Shown here: in pieces, positions 45,247 through 48,476 of the stretch
Position numbering within the stretch: position 1 is the first letter of the stretch
Layout of the letters: each line of letters opens with the position of its first letter
Source: Gammaproteobacteria bacterium
GTDB lineage: Bacteria > Pseudomonadota > Gammaproteobacteria > UBA4575
Reading direction: 5' to 3'
Assembly: GCA_965221955.1 (NCBI GenBank)
Contig: CBDCTA010000006.1
Location: 1-48,476 of the forward strand
DNA length: 48,476 nt
Translations under genes and position numbers: made by a program
The notes under the pieces: generated by a model
Seen by the model: the letters and a program-made list of their open reading frames with translations, nothing else
The model's database searches: none
What the model was told of the DNA's origin: nothing

Positions 45247-45889
45247 TTATTTTTCACCTATAACTCTTACTTGAAAATATGATCTTTCTAATCTTGCATA
45301 TATTTTACAAAATAAATCAAATATAGTCCTACCTCCTAATCTTGCAATTAGCTGATATTTTGGCGGCCATTTATGAATATACGGCTTTGACTCAATGACA
45401 GTAAATCCCGCTTCATTAAATATATTTCCTAGACACATTGGGCTCCAGGAGTAAATATGATTATTTATGTCCGCAGGTTTGTATGCGTATGAAATACATT
45501 CACATGGAACAACAAAAACTATTTTACCACCTCTCTTCAACTTCAAGTAAAGTTCTTTTAATTCATTTAATGGAGATAATGTATGCTCTAACGCGTGATT
45601 TGAAATTATCAAGTCATAATAATTATCTTCTAATTGTCTTGCTGATGAAAATATTTTATATCCCATTTTTTTTTGCAATTTCAGCAGCGGATTCGTTTAT
45701 TTCTATGCCATGTTTTTCTTTGCAACTTAAATTGTTTAATAAATAACCTCCACCGCATCCAAAATCCAAGACAACATCATCTCTATTAATATATTCAGTA
45801 AATTTAGACATGTTAGCCCATCCGCCGAACTCTCCTATTGAGGACTGCCACTTAAAATACTTGCTATCGTAATGTTTACTTGCTGACAT
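45247..45889 (-). CDS. Class I SAM-dependent methyltransferase, indel in the poly-T near 45670
   Basis: VLDFGCGGG, GIEIN and DLIISNHALEH...LK.GG. Confidence 0.85.
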
Positions 45890-45951
45890 ATCTAAATGGT
45901 ATTTTATTTACCATAATTAAAACCCACAATTTAAAATAATTTTCAAAATTT

Positions 45952-46765
45952 TTAAGTAATATTATTTTGATTATTAAATGAAATTCCAATTCCTCCTCCC
46001 GGATACCAATGATTTAATGGGTTCTTCGCGAAAAAAAATAAAACTTCTTGAATTAGCTAACGAAAAATTTAATAACTTATCTGTAACATGTGAGTTATCA
46101 CCTAAAATTATTGCTTCTTCTGATAGTTTATTTGCAATTACGTTATATTCTCTTTCTTCATATTCTGCAGAATGATCACTATCATTAATAAATAAATCTA
46201 TATTTTCAGATAAATTTTTAAGTGACTCAATTGAGTCTCCATAAATTATTTTTCCATAAGGCTTATAGATATTTGAAAACATAAACCCTGCTTCTTCATT
46301 AATATCTGTACCATAATAAAATCCTTCATAACCTTCTTCTACGTTCTTCATTATAGCTGAAGTTAAAACACATGAACCAAAACCTTTATCAACACCAGTT
46401 TCAACAATTATTTTTGGTTTCATTATTCTTGCAATTGCATACCATCCTAGTCTTTTACCAAATTTACAAGATATATCTGATGTAATTCCTAATTTATTTT
46501 CGATAATTTTTTTTTGAATATTACTAATTAACTCTTCATTGTTTTTTAACTCATCCATATACCCAATGACCACATTAATTTCTACATTTAAGATGAATGA
46601 GATAAGCGAGGCTAAGTACCTTTCATTCTTATTTGTTAGATCATAAGTATAATTAGTGATTTCTCGTGAATTAAATAACCATGGGATTAAATACACCAAA
46701 GGCTTTGATACATATGCTAGAGAACTTTTTAACCTATGCAGAAAATAGATAGATTGACGAATCAT
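45952..46765 (-). CDS. Class I SAM-dependent methyltransferase (Methyltransf_24-like); true C-terminus probably in a shifted frame (HWYPGGGIGISF)
   Basis: KP.IIVETGVDKG.GS, GDS...L and FINDSDHS. Confidence 0.8.
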
Positions 46766-46822
46766 TTATTTAAATATATTTTGGGCAGCCACTATAAAAT
46801 TATATGTCTTTTCAGTTAATTC

Positions 46823-47512
46823 TTAACTTTTATTAAAAAATGTATTTCTATTAGTTCGTGCAAATGGATAATATCCTTTGCTAGAAAGATATTTTGAAAT
46901 TTCTGTATTGTATACGGCCTCTAAGCTGAACAGGCCTTCTATATGATCTTCAACTATTATTGTACTTGGACTGTGAATATTCCAATTGTTTGATTCTAGA
47001 ACATCCATTTCTAATCCTTCAACGTCTATTGTATATAAGTCAATAGTTGTGTCTTTTGGCAGTCTTTTATCAAGTATAACGTGTAATGGCTTTTGGTCAA
47101 TATCAAGTTGTTTAATTCTTTTGTACCCTGTTTTTATTGAAAATTTTCTTTCTTGCAAACTGTTAAGTGCACTTTCGTTATAAATATTACAACTAACCCT
47201 TCCTTCTTTTACACCTACCGCACTTTCGATATTAATATCTCTAGGCCTTACTTTATTGAATTCGCTCATACTTCCAGGAGTTGCATCTATATTAATTCCA
47301 CGCCAACCTTTTTTATAAAGAAGATAAGTATTTGAAAAACGCATTGGGTGATGCGCACCTATATCGACATAAAATCCTTTTACTTGTCCCCAAAAATGTT
47401 TATTTAGTATTAAATCCTCACCTTCTTGCGCATAGGACTCTTGCAACCATTTATTATGTTTATTAAAAACACTATTACATTGGTTTCGTAAGTATTTATA
47501 AATTTTTCTCAA
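46823..47512 (-). CDS. FkbM-family methyltransferase
   Basis: SYAQEGED, GFYVDIGAHHP..FSNT, GWRGINID and IDVEGLE. Confidence 0.9.
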   Translation of the reverse strand: MRKIYKYLRNQCNSVFNKHNKWLQESYAQEGEDLILNKHFWGQVKGFYVDIGAHHPMRFSNTYLLYKKGWRGINIDATPGSMSEFNKVRPRDINIESAVGVKEGRVSCNIYNESALNSLQERKFSIKTGYKRIKQLDIDQKPLHVILDKRLPKDTTIDLYTIDVEGLEMDVLESNNWNIHSPSTIIVEDHIEGLFSLEAVYNTEISKYLSSKGYYPFARTNRNTFFNKS

Positions 47513-47537
47513 AAGAATTTTCGGCTATATAAAAAAT

Positions 47538-48476
47538 TTATGATAGGGCGATAACTTTATCCACTGAACTCATTACAGCTTCATCATGAGTTATAAAGAT
47601 TAGTATTCTATTTTGATACCTCATCCTAATATTCTTTAATACTATATCTTTTGTCCCTTCATCGATAGCATTTGTGCTTTCGTCAAGTATTAATACATCT
47701 GGTTTTCTTAGCAATGCTCTTGCCAAACCAATTCTTTGCTTTTGTCCACCAGATAAATTACTTCCTTGATATTGTAGAATAGTTTCATATCCATTTCGCA
47801 TAGAATTAATATAGTCGTGTATGCACACATCTTTACAAGCTTCTATTACGTTTTTTTCAGCAACATTTTCCAGTCCAAATTTTACATTATCTATTATGCT
47901 TGTATTAAATATAGCAATATTTTGCTCTAGCAGAATGATTCTTTCTCTAATACTTTTCAAATTTATTGAATTTATATCAATATCATTAACGAAAATTGAT
48001 CTATTGTTTGGTTTATATAAACCTACTAGTAAATCTGCGAGAGTTGATTTTCCTGATCCAGATTGACCAACAATTGCATAACTTTTCCCAGCTTCAAATG
48101 TTATTTCAAAACCGTTAAATATTTCATTATCAGAATACGAAAATTTTAAGTCTGATATTTTTATATTCTTAATACTAGACTTTAAAACCTGTTCTCTATT
48201 ATCATTTAAGTCGTTAATATTAGTTATTACTTCTGTTACATCTTTCCCCACCCTTGCTTCTGCTGTTATTTTCATTAGGGCATTTAGACATTGCCCAAGT
48301 GCCGGAAAAAATCTAATCAAAAATAAGATAATAATTACTAAAAATGAATAATTTCCTTCATTGTGTATTTGAAATAAGCCAAATATTAAAAAAATAAGAA
48401 AAACAAAAAATAGAACAAGAACCGGAATATTTTTTGATAGTAAATGTGTTCCTTCAATTTTATAAAGCGTATCTGA
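47538..48476 (-). CDS. ABC transporter permease/ATPase (MsbA/PglK-like glycan flippase candidate), 5'-truncated by the window edge
   Basis: Walker A GQSGSGKST, LSGGQKQR and LILDE; TM segments upstream. Confidence 0.85.
   Translation of the reverse strand, partial: SDTLYKIEGTHLLSKNIPVLVLFFVFLIFLIFGLFQIHNEGNYSFLVIIILFLIRFFPALGQCLNALMKITAEARVGKDVTEVITNINDLNDNREQVLKSSIKNIKISDLKFSYSDNEIFNGFEITFEAGKSYAIVGQSGSGKSTLADLLVGLYKPNNRSIFVNDIDINSINLKSIRERIILLEQNIAIFNTSIIDNVKFGLENVAEKNVIEACKDVCIHDYINSMRNGYETILQYQGSNLSGGQKQRIGLARALLRKPDVLILDESTNAIDEGTKDIVLKNIRMRYQNRILIFITHDEAVMSSVDKVIALS

Overview
AT-rich gammaproteobacterial chromosome segment in three parts. (1) About 1-3.4 kb is accessory: a secreted ankyrin/peptidoglycan-binding protein, a lipoprotein plus transglutaminase-like gene pair, and two related GGA-hairpin repeat elements. 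(2) About 3.4-38.2 kb is housekeeping: aspS, FmdB-type, acylphosphatase, arsC, wrbA, hda, purMN, pmbA-tldD-nitrilase-yhdP-rng-maf-rlmH-rsfS-nadD-proA-holA, DUF1631, lptE-leuS, manC, lnt-corC-ybeY-ybeZ-miaB. (3) About 38.2-48.5 kb is a more AT-rich surface-polysaccharide cluster: ABC flippase-like transporter, three methyltransferases, glycosyltransferases, rmlA, rmlB, an Fcd-like reductase and wcaJ. Many genes, including essential aspS, are split by 1-2 nt indels, most likely uncorrected long-read errors, so they are called as single CDSs. The two most unusual signals are non-coding or small. First, two copies of a 51-bp ANGGA-hairpin core (43/51 identical), each interrupted at a different CG by a different GGA-hairpin insert with the CG duplicated. 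Second, three 50-bp-periodic copies of the nadD 5' end, one forming a synonymously recoded 17-aa uORF that overlaps the nadD start (ATGA). No rRNA, tRNA, CRISPR array, transposase or integrase was seen. Protein family calls come from motif recognition, not database searches.
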